Shown here: positions 1 to 10,550 of the stretch, in pieces
Layout of the letters: the number at the start of each line of letters is the position of its first letter
Numbering within the stretch: position 1 is the stretch's first letter
DNA from: an uncultured Smithella sp.
GTDB taxonomy: Bacteria; Desulfobacterota; Syntrophia; Syntrophales; Smithellaceae
Direction of reading: 5' to 3'
Assembly: GCA_964547345.1 (NCBI GenBank)
Contig: CAZJMX010000012.1
Location: 20,710-84,709, forward strand
Length of the DNA: 64,000 bases
Notes under the pieces: model-generated
Database searches by the model: none
What the model saw: the letters and a program-made list of their open reading frames with translations, nothing else
What the model was told of the DNA's origin: nothing
Position numbers and translations under genes: made by a program

Positions 1-282
1 CGACGTGCGAATCAGAAATTCATTGGCGCCGAACTGTTGAATTGTACTGTTTTCCAGTTTGGTTGATTTGAAAGCCGTTCGAATCTGATCAGCTGTAATA
101 TTTTTTGTAAATTTAACCTGGATGATCGATCCGCCGGCGAAATCGATGCCGGGATTCAAACCGCCGTGATAAATAATCGATCCAATGCCGATGATGATCA
201 GGATCAGTGAAAAAATAATCGCGTACTTTATTTTTCCAACGAAATCTATGTTAATGCCTGGTTTTATCAACTCCATGCTCAT
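1..282 (-). CDS. secF: Protein translocase subunit SecF, N-terminal part (gene runs off the window start)
   Basis: Minus-strand ATG at 282 (MSMELIKPGINIDFVGK...GLNPGIDFAGGS), open to position 1. Lies 26 nt downstream of secD in the conserved yajC-secD-secF order. Confidence 0.85.
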   Translation of the reverse strand, partial: MSMELIKPGINIDFVGKIKYAIIFSLILIIIGIGSIIYHGGLNPGIDFAGGSIIQVKFTKNITADQIRTAFKSTKLENSTIQQFGANEFLIRTS

Positions 283-308
283 ACTATATCTCCTGCGTGC
301 GCTTGTAT

Positions 309-1910
309 TTAGATGCTCAATTTTTTAACATTAAAGTTCCAGGTAACGTAGTCGAAGATGACCCGTGTGACGAAAACGGCGGTAAAAAGACTGACCAGAA
401 GGCCAATGATTGTGGTCACAGCAAATCCCTTGATCGGGCCTGTTCCGAAAAAGATCAGGACAACGGCAGCGACGATACCCGTAATGTGCGTGTCGATGAT
501 GGTAATAAACGCTCTATTATAACCTGTGTCGAGCGCCAGACGAGCGGTTTTCCCTGTCCGTAATTCTTCGCGGATTCTTTCGAAGATCAGAATATTCGCG
601 TCTACCGCGACGCCAACGGTAAGGAGCATACCGGCAATACCCGGCAGGGTTAGGGTTGCCCGGAAGGCTGCAAGGGCAGCCATGATCAGAAATATATTGA
701 TGATGAGGGCAATATCGGCAACCGCGCCGGAAAGCCGATAATAAACAATCATGAACAGAATAACCAAAAGCGAACCGATGATGGTGGCCAAAATACCCTG
801 ACGGATCGAATCGCTGCCCAAGGAGGGACCTACGGTTCTTTCTTCCAGAATATTGACTGGAGCAGGCAGAGCGCCGGCGCGTAAGACGATAGCAAGATCT
901 CTTGCTTCATCCATGGTAAAATTGCCCGTAATCTGAGCCTGACCGCCGGAAATGCGTTCCTGGATGACGGGCGCGGAATGGACAACGCCATCGAGCACAA
1001 TCGCCAGACGCTTGCGAACATTTTCATTGGTGATACGGTCAAAATCCGCCGAGCCCTGGGCGTTAAACTTTATAGAGACGTTAGGCTCGCCGAAGCGGTC
1101 GGAAATCTGAACCTTGGCGGTTTCCAACGAAGCGCCGGTCAACAGAGTCTTGTTTTTTAACAGATAAGGCACCTGGCCCCGTTGGCCGCTCGCTTTATCC
1201 TCGCGTGTGCCGTAGGCAATGCTGGAGCCTTCCGGAATGTTGCCGCGCAACGCTTCGTCTAAAGAGCTTGCCTCGTCGACGATTTTGAATTCCAGAAGCG
1301 CTGTTTTGCCAATCAGATTTTTGGCTCTTTCCGGGTCTTTAATGCCGGGGAGTTGAATCATAATCCGATTATCGCCCTCCGGCACAATCTCCGGCTCCGT
1401 AACGCCAAACTGGTCGACACGATTCCGGATCGTTTCGAGTGAATGCTCAATGGTGAGCTTTTTCAGATCTATCGCTCTTTTGTCATTAAATTTCAGCACG
1501 ATGAGCTGTGCTCCGTCGCGCGGACTGGCGGAGGCGATCTCCAGATCGGGATACTGGTCTTTCAATACTTTATCCAGCGCGGTTTTGCCTGCCGCATCGG
1601 TCAATTCCAGCGAAATTGTGGCGCCCTTGGACTTTTCCACATTGCGGAAACGGACTTTGCCGTCCATTAATGATTCTTTTAAATCATTGGAGATTCTTTC
1701 CATCATGGATTCAAGCGCCTTATTCGTGTCGATTTCCAGAACAAGGTGCATGCCGCCTTGCAAATCCAACCCCAGATGGATTTTTTCCTTGGCCAGATAT
1801 TGATTCCAGGGGGATGGAATATTGGAAACGAAAGTCGGCACTAGGAAGTACAAAGCAGTAAGGCACACAATAACGGTTATAGCTATCCTGATCTTTAGAG
1901 ATGTGAACAT
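309..1910 (-). CDS. secD: Protein translocase subunit SecD
   Basis: 533-aa ORF with an N-terminal TM, a large periplasmic domain and a C-terminal multi-TM SecD/SecF domain (GALPAPVNILEERTVGPSLG). Flanked by yajC and secF. Confidence 0.95.
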   Translation of the reverse strand: MFTSLKIRIAITVIVCLTALYFLVPTFVSNIPSPWNQYLAKEKIHLGLDLQGGMHLVLEIDTNKALESMMERISNDLKESLMDGKVRFRNVEKSKGATISLELTDAAGKTALDKVLKDQYPDLEIASASPRDGAQLIVLKFNDKRAIDLKKLTIEHSLETIRNRVDQFGVTEPEIVPEGDNRIMIQLPGIKDPERAKNLIGKTALLEFKIVDEASSLDEALRGNIPEGSSIAYGTREDKASGQRGQVPYLLKNKTLLTGASLETAKVQISDRFGEPNVSIKFNAQGSADFDRITNENVRKRLAIVLDGVVHSAPVIQERISGGQAQITGNFTMDEARDLAIVLRAGALPAPVNILEERTVGPSLGSDSIRQGILATIIGSLLVILFMIVYYRLSGAVADIALIINIFLIMAALAAFRATLTLPGIAGMLLTVGVAVDANILIFERIREELRTGKTARLALDTGYNRAFITIIDTHITGIVAAVVLIFFGTGPIKGFAVTTIIGLLVSLFTAVFVTRVIFDYVTWNFNVKKLSI

Positions 1911-1931
1911 GAAATGCCCCTTTCCTTAAAC

Positions 1932-2294
1932 TTATGGCTTTGTCGCAGGTGACGGAGCCGGTGTGCCAGCTTTCTGTAATATGGCTGCAATCGCGCTCCT
2001 TGCGATTTTAATTCTCACTTTGTCGGCAATTTCCAGCGTGACGACTGCATCGGCAAGCCCCGTGACCTTACCGTGGATGCCCCCGCTGGTCATGACCGTG
2101 TCGCCATAGGCCAGATTATCCAGCATGGATTTGAGTTCTTTTTGTTTTTTTTGCTGCGGACGGATCATCAGGAAATAGAAGATGACAAAGATGATCACCA
2201 TCATGAGAATGAAACTCCAGTCACCGAAGCCGCCTGCACCTTGCGCCCCCGGCGCTCCCGAACCACCGCCCATTGCGAATGCTGTTGATATCAA
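1932..2294 (-). CDS. yajC: Preprotein translocase accessory subunit YajC
   Basis: 120-aa ORF with a single TM followed by IRPQQKKQKE, typical of YajC. TTG start lies 8 nt after an AGGAGG. Confidence 0.9.
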   Translation of the reverse strand: MISTAFAMGGGSGAPGAQGAGGFGDWSFILMMVIIFVIFYFLMIRPQQKKQKELKSMLDNLAYGDTVMTSGGIHGKVTGLADAVVTLEIADKVRIKIARSAIAAILQKAGTPAPSPATKP

Positions 2295-2364
2295 TTTAAT
2301 GCCCTCCTTGATTTGCTCTTTATCGGATGTTCTTTATCAGAATTTTCTATAATTTCATCTTTTT

Positions 2365-3471
<1,107 letters not shown>

Positions 3472-4512
3472 CTATAAGATCAGCATACAGTCACCGTAAC
3501 TGTAAAATAAATATCGATTCTCAACCGCCTGTGCATACGCTTTCTTCATGAAATCCGTCCCGGCAAAAGCGCAAACCAGTAAAAACAGGGAGGACTCCGG
3601 CAAGTGAAAGTTGGTTAAAAGTCCATTAACTCTTTTGAAGGAATAACCTGGATAAATAAAAAGACGTGTTTCGCCGGATGAAGGTGCGACATGGCCGTGT
3701 TGATCCGCGGCGGATTCGATGGTTCGTGTGGATGTTGTGCCCACGGCAATCACCCGACGGGCGGAATTGATTTTTTCTGCGGATTCCGGGTTGATATCAT
3801 AAAATTCCGTCTCCATGACATGATTTTCGACGGTGTCTGTTTCAATCGGCAAAAAAGTGCCGATGCCGACATGCAGCGTTACGGGTGCAATGTTGACGCC
3901 TTTGGTTTTTAACGCATCAAGGATGGCCGGTGAAAAATGCAAGCCGGCTGTGGGGGCGGCAATCGAGCCTGCAGCTTTGGCATAGATCGTCTGATAACGG
4001 TCACGGTCATTTGTGAGGTCCGGTGCAACACTCTTGTTTCGCTTGATGTAGGGGGGCAGAGGCGCGCGTCCATATTGCTCAAGGTAGCGATCAAAGCCAT
4101 CAGGCGCAGAAAATTCCATCAGCCATTTTTTGCCGGAAAGTCTGGTTGCGACTCTGGCCCGGCAGCCATGTCCCAGATCAATCGTATCATTTTCATGGAT
4201 TCTTTTCGCCGGCCGGGCCAGGACTTCCCAGGTTTCGGATGATGTCTGGACGTGTTTGCGGTTCAAAAGCAAGATTTCCAAAATGGCGCCGGTTTGTTTT
4301 TTACCGTAAACGCGCGCCGGAATTACGCGGGAGTCATTGATGACCAAAACATCGCCCGGTCCGAGAAAGTCCGGCAGGAAGGAAAAATGACTGTCCTGGA
4401 TTGTTTTTTCTTCCCGCATGAGCTGCATCATTCTGGAGGCATCTCTTTGCGGACGCGGATGCTGCGCAATGAGTTCATCGGGCAGAGTATATGAAAAATC
4501 CTTTAACTTCAT
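3472..4512 (-). CDS. queA: S-adenosylmethionine:tRNA ribosyltransferase-isomerase
   Basis: 346-aa ORF with QueA-like N-terminus (FSYTLPDELIAQHP) and C-terminus (FYSYGDCMLIL). Immediately upstream of tgt. Confidence 0.93.
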   Translation of the reverse strand: MKLKDFSYTLPDELIAQHPRPQRDASRMMQLMREEKTIQDSHFSFLPDFLGPGDVLVINDSRVIPARVYGKKQTGAILEILLLNRKHVQTSSETWEVLARPAKRIHENDTIDLGHGCRARVATRLSGKKWLMEFSAPDGFDRYLEQYGRAPLPPYIKRNKSVAPDLTNDRDRYQTIYAKAAGSIAAPTAGLHFSPAILDALKTKGVNIAPVTLHVGIGTFLPIETDTVENHVMETEFYDINPESAEKINSARRVIAVGTTSTRTIESAADQHGHVAPSSGETRLFIYPGYSFKRVNGLLTNFHLPESSLFLLVCAFAGTDFMKKAYAQAVENRYLFYSYGDCMLIL

Positions 4513-4584
4513 ATCTTTCCTGGTAAAAAGTGAAAAATCTGGGGCAAATAATCAGAATAAACAGCGGCTGTCAATCAAATAACG

Positions 4585-4770
4585 TCAGCGCCGTCCTAAA
4601 TAAAGAAGAATCAAACCGGCTACAATGGCGGAAATACCCATAAAACGCAGAGTGGAGTCCGGAAGTGTGGTGATTTTGGTAAGATATGTTTTTAGTTTTT
4701 CCGGGAAAACCAGATAGGGCAGGCCTTCAATGATAAAAACCATGCCTAGAACACACAAAAAGTAATCCAC
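4585..4770 (-). CDS. Small membrane protein, DUF2065-like
   Basis: Two hydrophobic helices (FLCVLGMVFIIEGLPYLVFPEKL ... ISAIVAGLILLYLG). I prefer GTG 4770 (GAGGA SD 6 nt upstream, 1 nt after the mazG stop) over the longer track ORF that overlaps mazG. Confidence 0.6.
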   Translation of the reverse strand: MDYFLCVLGMVFIIEGLPYLVFPEKLKTYLTKITTLPDSTLRFMGISAIVAGLILLYLGRR

Positions 4771-4771
4771 C

Positions 4772-5578
4772 TTATATCCTCTTTCCCTTAGCTTCATTCC
4801 AGAGCGTATCCATTTCCGTAAGTGTCGCCCTTTCCAGCGATTGCCCCCGGCTTTTGAGTTGCTCTGTGATATAGGCAAAACGCCGCAGGAATTTATCGAT
4901 GGTTCCTGTCAGCGCCTGTTCGGCATCAACCTGGATGAAACGGCTAAAATTGACCAGGGTAAACAGAATGTCGCCCATTTCTTCTTCAATTTTTTGCGCG
5001 TCGCCGGTTTCCCGCGCATGCGCCATTTCGTCGAGTTCTTCTTTTAGCTTGATCAGCACATGGTCCGCCTCCGGCCAGTCAAACCCGTAACGGGATGCGG
5101 TGGCGGTAATTTTCTGTGCGCGTTTCAGTGCGGGAAGCGATCGGGGAATACTGTTGAAAACGCGATGCTCCGCTTCCGTCCCGCTTCGTTCCAGCTTTTT
5201 AATTTCCTGCCAGTTGTCTTTGACGTCCTGAACGGAATCAACTTTGACATTGCCAAAAACATGGGGATGGCGGCGGATCATCTTCTCTTTGATGGATCTC
5301 ATGGCATCGGTCAGCGTAAACTTCTCGGATTCGGAAGCGATTTCGGTGGTAAATAAGATCAGAAAAAGCAAGTCGCCCAACTCTTCCTGAATGTGCTCAG
5401 GATCATTTGTCTTGAGCGCATCAAAAACTTCATATGCCTCCTCCAGTAAATATTTCCCCACATCCTGCATCGTTTGCTTTCGATCCCAGGGGCAGCCGTC
5501 GGGCGCGCGCAATTTTTTAATCAGCAAGATCAGTTCCTGTAGTTCCTGCTGCGAGGTTTCGACCCTATTTTCATCCAT
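4772..5578 (-). CDS. mazG: Nucleoside triphosphate pyrophosphohydrolase MazG
   Basis: Tandem MazG domains (PDGCPWDRKQT, EELGDLLF, second EEMGDILF). ATG 5578 (MDENR, GAGGAA SD) preferred over track start 5641. Confidence 0.9.
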   Translation of the reverse strand: MDENRVETSQQELQELILLIKKLRAPDGCPWDRKQTMQDVGKYLLEEAYEVFDALKTNDPEHIQEELGDLLFLILFTTEIASESEKFTLTDAMRSIKEKMIRRHPHVFGNVKVDSVQDVKDNWQEIKKLERSGTEAEHRVFNSIPRSLPALKRAQKITATASRYGFDWPEADHVLIKLKEELDEMAHARETGDAQKIEEEMGDILFTLVNFSRFIQVDAEQALTGTIDKFLRRFAYITEQLKSRGQSLERATLTEMDTLWNEAKGKRI

Positions 5579-5727
5579 TCTGCGTTTTCCTCTATTTATC
5601 GAGTCGGGCCGGTAAGTAGCACAATCCCCGGAAGCTGACAACGAAAGTCTTGCGTGACGACATGATCCCAGTATTCAGGTCAACTCCTCGGTTGACAGAC
5701 GCGGAATTTCCTTATAATCCGCTGGAT

Positions 5728-6600
5728 ATGTCGAATCAAAATTCCATCAACAAAGGCATTGTCTTCATTCTCCTTTCTGAGCTTTGTTTTACCGGCTCAA
5801 CGATTTTCTCCAAGTTGTTGACCAACTCGTCAAATGTTTCCGCTCTAGAGATTACATTTGCGCGTTTTTTTCTGGGATTTATTTTTATTTCGATCACCAT
5901 TTACAAAAATTCCATCTCGCTTGCGCCCAATAAACTTTCTTTACTGGTTTGGCGGGGTGTGCTGAATACCGTTGCCGTGATTTTATTTTTTCTGGCGTCT
6001 CAGTACACAACAATTACTAACACGCATATGCTGAACATGACCTATCCCTTCTTTATTTTTCTTTGTTCGCCGCTTTTTTTCCGGTCAGAGAAAATGTCGC
6101 CTTGGATGTATCTGATTCTGATCGTTGCGCTTGCGGGCATCTGGCTTATGATCAATCCCGATTGGAATTCCGTCAACAAGGGAGATGTTTTTGGATTGTT
6201 GTCCGGGATTATTTCAGCGTTTGCGATCATTACACTGAATATGGCGCGTCAAAACGATTCGACGCCTGTGGTTCTCTTTTATCTGATGTCTATTGGAACG
6301 GTCATAAACGGTCTGGTGATGTTGCCTGTTTTTGTCTGGCCGCAGGGCAGCCAGTGGCTGCTTTTACTGGCTTCTGCATTGGTCGGTGTTATCGGGCAGA
6401 TTTGCATTACCTACGGCTATAAATACATTACGGTACGGGCCGGCTCGCTTGTTTCCACATCACGTATTCTGTATGCCGTCCTGCTGGGGATGCTGATTTT
6501 CAGCGAAGACCTGACATTTAGGATCGCTGCGGGCGGGCTTGCGATTCTGCTTTCCATTGCGGCCGTGACCTGGTTGCAAAAGCCCGCAAGCAGCGTGTAG
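5728..6600 (+). CDS. EamA/DMT family transporter
   Basis: About ten hydrophobic segments across two EamA-like halves. Start is uncertain (TTG 5650 in the track vs ATG 5728). Confidence 0.8.
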   Translation: MSNQNSINKGIVFILLSELCFTGSTIFSKLLTNSSNVSALEITFARFFLGFIFISITIYKNSISLAPNKLSLLVWRGVLNTVAVILFFLASQYTTITNTHMLNMTYPFFIFLCSPLFFRSEKMSPWMYLILIVALAGIWLMINPDWNSVNKGDVFGLLSGIISAFAIITLNMARQNDSTPVVLFYLMSIGTVINGLVMLPVFVWPQGSQWLLLLASALVGVIGQICITYGYKYITVRAGSLVSTSRILYAVLLGMLIFSEDLTFRIAAGGLAILLSIAAVTWLQKPASSV

Positions 6601-6622
6601 GGTGTGCATCACCCCGCGTCCT

Positions 6623-7933
6623 TTATTTGACGATAAAGACGTCTTTTTCCCGGTCCTGAAAATAAACATGGTTATATTGAGAGGTGTTGACCCGGTCGAA
6701 AAACATTTCGCCGTTTTTTCGGCATTCCGGGCAGCAGGTATTCGGCAGGATCACCGCGAAGATTTTTTTGCCCGTATCGGCGACGGAGTCCAGCATGACC
6801 AGGCCCCCGCATTCATCGCAGACACGGACGCTCTCAATTTGCTTTTCCATGATTTCATCCGTGTCGTAATAGATGTTTTTCTCGCGGCGAATGTAGGACG
6901 CGGAGCCGGTAATCTGTTTTTTCAAATTCTTTTTCTTTTTCCACAGTGTCATGACGTTTTTGACTTCATTTTCAATGAGCCGCGTAATCTCCGGCGATTG
7001 ACGAATGCGTTGCGCATCGTAATCAGGTTCCCGCACCTGGCTATAGTCCAGGCCGGCCATGGCGAGGATAATGCCGACATTTACGTAGGGCAGGGCTTTT
7101 TCGATGGAGTAGCCTCCTTCCAGTACGGCGATGTGGGGGGCGAGTTTTTCATTTAAGAGCGCATAGCCCTGGGCGCTGAAGTTCATGTTGGTAATCGGGT
7201 CGCTGTAGTGATTGTCCTGTCCCGCCGAGTTGATGATGATTTCCGGCTGAAATTCATCCAGAATCGGGAGAATGGCGTTGTCGAGGGTGAATAGAAAGCC
7301 TTCGTCAGAGGTTCGGGGAGGCAGGGGAATGTTGATCGTTGATCCCAATGCGTTGGGGCCGCCAAAGTCCTCAATGAAGCCGGTGCCCGGATAAAGGGTG
7401 CGGCCATCCTGATGCAGAGAGATGCACAGGACGTCGGGATCGTTCCAGTAAATATCCTGGGTGCCGTCGCCGTGATGACAATCCGTGTCCACAACAGCGA
7501 TTCTTTTGACGCCGAATTTATGGCGGATATATTCGATCATGACGGCTTCGATGTTAATGTTGCAAAAGCCGCGTGCGCCGTGGGCGACCAGCATGGCGTG
7601 ATGTCCGGGCGGACGAACCAGGGCAAAGGCGTTGTCCACAACGCCGGTCAGAACTTTTTCGGCGGCGGTGATTGCGCCGCCTGCCGAAATCAAATGCGAA
7701 TGCGTGGTTAGGCGCTGGGCGCTGGGGACACAGATGTGGCAGCGGTTGATGTCGGCATAAGTGGCGATGCCCGGTTTGTATTCCAGAATGTTGGGGAAAT
7801 CCAGCAGGCCTTCTTCAAAAACCTGATCCTGCGTATAAAGCAGCCTCTCTTCGCGTTCCGGGTGGTTTTCGGATATGGCCCAGTCGAATGCGGGGAAGAA
7901 GATCAGGCCGGTCTTTTTTTGTGATTTGGACAT
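6623..7933 (-). CDS. Histone deacetylase/acetoin-utilisation (AcuC/APAH-like) family amidohydrolase with C-terminal Cys-rich extension
   Basis: 436 aa with deacetylase motifs RPPGHHA, DTDCHHGDGTQ, LEGGY. Extra C-terminal segment carries CDEC...CCPEC. Confidence 0.8.
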   Translation of the reverse strand: MSKSQKKTGLIFFPAFDWAISENHPEREERLLYTQDQVFEEGLLDFPNILEYKPGIATYADINRCHICVPSAQRLTTHSHLISAGGAITAAEKVLTGVVDNAFALVRPPGHHAMLVAHGARGFCNINIEAVMIEYIRHKFGVKRIAVVDTDCHHGDGTQDIYWNDPDVLCISLHQDGRTLYPGTGFIEDFGGPNALGSTINIPLPPRTSDEGFLFTLDNAILPILDEFQPEIIINSAGQDNHYSDPITNMNFSAQGYALLNEKLAPHIAVLEGGYSIEKALPYVNVGIILAMAGLDYSQVREPDYDAQRIRQSPEITRLIENEVKNVMTLWKKKKNLKKQITGSASYIRREKNIYYDTDEIMEKQIESVRVCDECGGLVMLDSVADTGKKIFAVILPNTCCPECRKNGEMFFDRVNTSQYNHVYFQDREKDVFIVK

Positions 7934-7939
7934 GTTTTT

Positions 7940-9598
7940 CTACCTCGCAGAGCCGGATGAGATTAATCCGGGTTTGATCTGAATTTTGACCCGGATGTTT
8001 TTGCCGGTTGTATAAAAGTCTCGAACCATGTTGAACTCCTGCGATTCCGTCACTTCCATGACGATATCCTCCGGTCGGGCGCCCATCCGGACGGCTTTCT
8101 CCCGCAACGCTTTTTTGCCGACGTCGATTACGTCTGAAAGCGAATAATTGCCCGGGATTTTTTGAACCTGTCCTTCTTCGCTGAGAATGAGCTCCTTTTT
8201 TTCCGTATCGGCAAGAATCGTGATTTCAGCGGTGGTCCGGGCCAGGGCAACTCCCAATGCGTTGGACACTTCCGAATGTTCGGGAATCGCGTAAGGATAG
8301 CCCAGGTTTTGGGCGATGTATGGCGCTATCGCTGCCGGACCTCCAACGACATTGAGTATTTTGGGGTTGATGGTTTTGCCTTCCAGCAGTTCATGGATGG
8401 TGTAAACCGGTTTATTGTTGATTTCAGCCAGCATCTGCCGGACGCTGTCGGCAATGAGAGCAGCCATCTTTTCAACAATGGCAAGCGCCGTCTCGGCAAC
8501 AGACTTTTGCAGTGTCGCGGCAAGCGCGGCAACAGCGTCTATCGCTTTTTGTTTGTCTCCGAAATTGACAAGACCTTGCACGATCATGGCATCTGTGGGG
8601 GTCGGAAATGGCCCGCCTAGAGCGACGGCCGGACCTTCGCGTTGGGGGCCGATGCAAATATCGCCGTTTTTGATTTTCACGATGCTGTCGCCGCCCACGC
8701 CGATGGATTTGGTATAAAGGCCGCGAATCAGGGTTTTGCGTTCGTCAATGGTCACGCCTGACGGCTCCAGAAGAGGAACCCCGTCGGCAAAGACGGAGAT
8801 GTCCGTGGTCGTGCCGCCGATATCCAAAGCCACCGCGTCATCTGCAATGCAGGCGGTTGCCAAAACACCCATAATGCCTGCAGCGGGTCCGGAATGAATG
8901 GTTTGCACGGGACAGTCCAGAGATTTGTCCATCAGAATGGTTCCGCCGTCGGCCTTGAGAATATAGACGGGGACATTGATGCCGAGTTTTTCAATAAATT
9001 TCTGAACGTCCGTCGCGAAGCTGCGATAGATGTCGTGAATGGCGGCATTCAGATAGGTGGTGGCGATGCGGCGAGGAAAATTTAACTGTCCGGACAGGCT
9101 GTGTCCGAGAGAAATGTTCCGGGAATCGTTTTGCAGAAGCGAGGCGGCATCGAGCTCCTGCTGAGGATTGCGGTTGGAAAATTTGCCGACGATTCCGATC
9201 TGGGAAATGCCTTTTTCGGAAATGTCTTCGTTAATCTGTTCAATTTCACGGCTGCTGAGATTCTTGACCACGATACCGCGGTGGTTCATATATCCCTTTG
9301 CAAAAAAAGTGTCTGGCCATAAATTCAGCGTGGCGGCTGACAGGCCGGGGCCGCAGAACAAAACCATCGCCACGCGATTGGTCTTGTTCTGCACGATGGC
9401 GTTGGTCGAAATGGTCGTGCTGAGAACAATTCTTTCGATTTGGCTGGCATTGTCCGGAATCAGCTGTTCGGCCGCTTCCAGAAGTGAGCCCATGATGTTG
9501 TTTTGATTCGTGAGAACTTTGGCCTTATTGATTAGTTTTAGGTTTTCAACCAGAACAGCATCCGTGTGGGTTCCGCCGACGTCAATGCCAAGTATCAT
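7940..9598 (-). CDS. Hydantoinase/oxoprolinase (HyuA-like, ASKHA fold) family protein
   Basis: MILGIDVGGTHTD and LDIGGTTTD phosphate-binding motifs. ATG 9598 is preceded by AGGAAG. Stop lies 6 nt before the deacetylase-like gene. Confidence 0.8.
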   Translation of the reverse strand: MILGIDVGGTHTDAVLVENLKLINKAKVLTNQNNIMGSLLEAAEQLIPDNASQIERIVLSTTISTNAIVQNKTNRVAMVLFCGPGLSAATLNLWPDTFFAKGYMNHRGIVVKNLSSREIEQINEDISEKGISQIGIVGKFSNRNPQQELDAASLLQNDSRNISLGHSLSGQLNFPRRIATTYLNAAIHDIYRSFATDVQKFIEKLGINVPVYILKADGGTILMDKSLDCPVQTIHSGPAAGIMGVLATACIADDAVALDIGGTTTDISVFADGVPLLEPSGVTIDERKTLIRGLYTKSIGVGGDSIVKIKNGDICIGPQREGPAVALGGPFPTPTDAMIVQGLVNFGDKQKAIDAVAALAATLQKSVAETALAIVEKMAALIADSVRQMLAEINNKPVYTIHELLEGKTINPKILNVVGGPAAIAPYIAQNLGYPYAIPEHSEVSNALGVALARTTAEITILADTEKKELILSEEGQVQKIPGNYSLSDVIDVGKKALREKAVRMGARPEDIVMEVTESQEFNMVRDFYTTGKNIRVKIQIKPGLISSGSAR

Positions 9599-9650
9599 TT
9601 CAGCTTCCTTTAATATCAATTTTCATTGCTTATATATGTTTAAATATCTC

Positions 9651-9678
9651 TTGACAAGGCAAAAAAAAAGCGTATTGT
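9651..9678 (+). promoter_or_regulatory. Possible sigma-70 promoter for the lipoprotein gene
   Basis: TTGACA (9651-9656), 16-nt spacer, TATTGT (9673-9678). Confidence 0.35.
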
Positions 9679-9736
9679 TCCTCCTCGAATACTAGTGTGC
9701 TCACACACTAAAATTATGAAAGGAGGAGATTATCTA

Positions 9737-9955
9737 ATGAAGAAAGTATTAGCCATTTTTGTTAGCGTGCTTATGTTGGCTTCTTTGTCCATCGCAGCTA
9801 TCGGTTGCAAGGAAGCTCCCAAGCAGGAAGCTCCGAAAGTCGAAGCTCCCGCAGCACCGGCAGCACCTGCTGCACCGGCCGCACCGGCAGCACCGGCAGC
9901 ACCTGATGCAGCACCGGCCGCACCGGCTGCACCGGCCCCTGCACCCGCAAAATAG
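9737..9955 (+). CDS. Small lipoprotein with (Ala-Ala-Pro)n tail
   Basis: AGGAGG SD. MKKVLAIFVSVLMLASLSIAAIGC lipobox-type signal, followed by APAAPAAPAAPAAP... to the C-terminus. Confidence 0.75.
   Translation: MKKVLAIFVSVLMLASLSIAAIGCKEAPKQEAPKVEAPAAPAAPAAPAAPAAPAAPDAAPAAPAAPAPAPAK
9851..9949 (+). repeat. 9-bp (GCACCGGCN) coding microsatellite-like tandem repeat
   Basis: About 10 imperfect GCACCGGCA/GCACCTGCT units encoding AAP repeats. Confidence 0.85.
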
Positions 9956-9983
9956 TTACATAATCAATTGCAGGATTATGAAG

Positions 9984-10025
9984 CCGGGCAACTTTTGTTC
10001 ATACAGAGGTTGCCCGGTTTTTTTT
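9984..10025 (+). terminator. Rho-independent terminator
   Basis: CCGGGCAAC / GTTGCCCGG stem followed by T8. Confidence 0.85.
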
Positions 10026-10030
10026 GTGTC

Positions 10031-10059
10031 TTGACATACTTATCTCTAATGCTTAAATA
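10031..10059 (+). promoter_or_regulatory. Probable sigma-70 promoter for ytxH-like operon
   Basis: TTGACA, 17-nt spacer, TAAATA, about 40 nt upstream of the ATG at 10101. Confidence 0.5.
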
Positions 10060-10100
10060 ATTAACTCGATATAGATAATAAAAAAATCAGGGGGTGTCTT

Positions 10101-10484
10101 ATGGCGGACAGAGATTGGGATCTGGTAAAAGGTTTGTTGGTCGGCGGACTGATCGGGGCGGCATTAGGCATATTGTTTGCACCGAAAAGCGGTAAAGAAA
10201 CTCGTCAGGACATTGCCGACAAAGCAGAAGAAGTATTAACCAAAGCGAAAGCAGAGTATGAAAAAGCGGTTGAAAAAAGCAAAGCGGCCTATGATGTGGC
10301 CGTCAAACATTTGAAAACCGCGGAAGAGTCCGCCAAAGAAAAAGTTGAAGAAATCGAAGAAAAAATAAGTGAGTTTGCTCATCTGAGCGCCGAAACGCTT
10401 GCGGATAATAAAAACCGCTTTAAGAAGGCCATCGACGCCGGTGTGGAGGCGTATCGGGAAGAAAAGAATAAGAAACCAGCTTAA
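10101..10484 (+). CDS. YtxH domain-containing protein
   Basis: GLLVGGLIGAALGILFAPKSGKETRQDI N-terminal YtxH signature followed by a Lys/Glu-rich helical region. Confidence 0.8.
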   Translation: MADRDWDLVKGLLVGGLIGAALGILFAPKSGKETRQDIADKAEEVLTKAKAEYEKAVEKSKAAYDVAVKHLKTAEESAKEKVEEIEEKISEFAHLSAETLADNKNRFKKAIDAGVEAYREEKNKKPA

Positions 10485-10550
10485 TTGTCGAAACCATCCC
10501 TGACCGTTGTCATTTGACGATTTAAGCTTAAGTCGTTAAGGAGAGGACTG

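Noticed and set aside
9851-9949. Short tandem repeats considered as a possible CRISPR-like or non-coding repeat array.
   Set aside because: The period is 9 bp, there are no spacers, and the repeats lie entirely in frame within a lipoprotein ORF. This is a coding microsatellite, not a CRISPR array.
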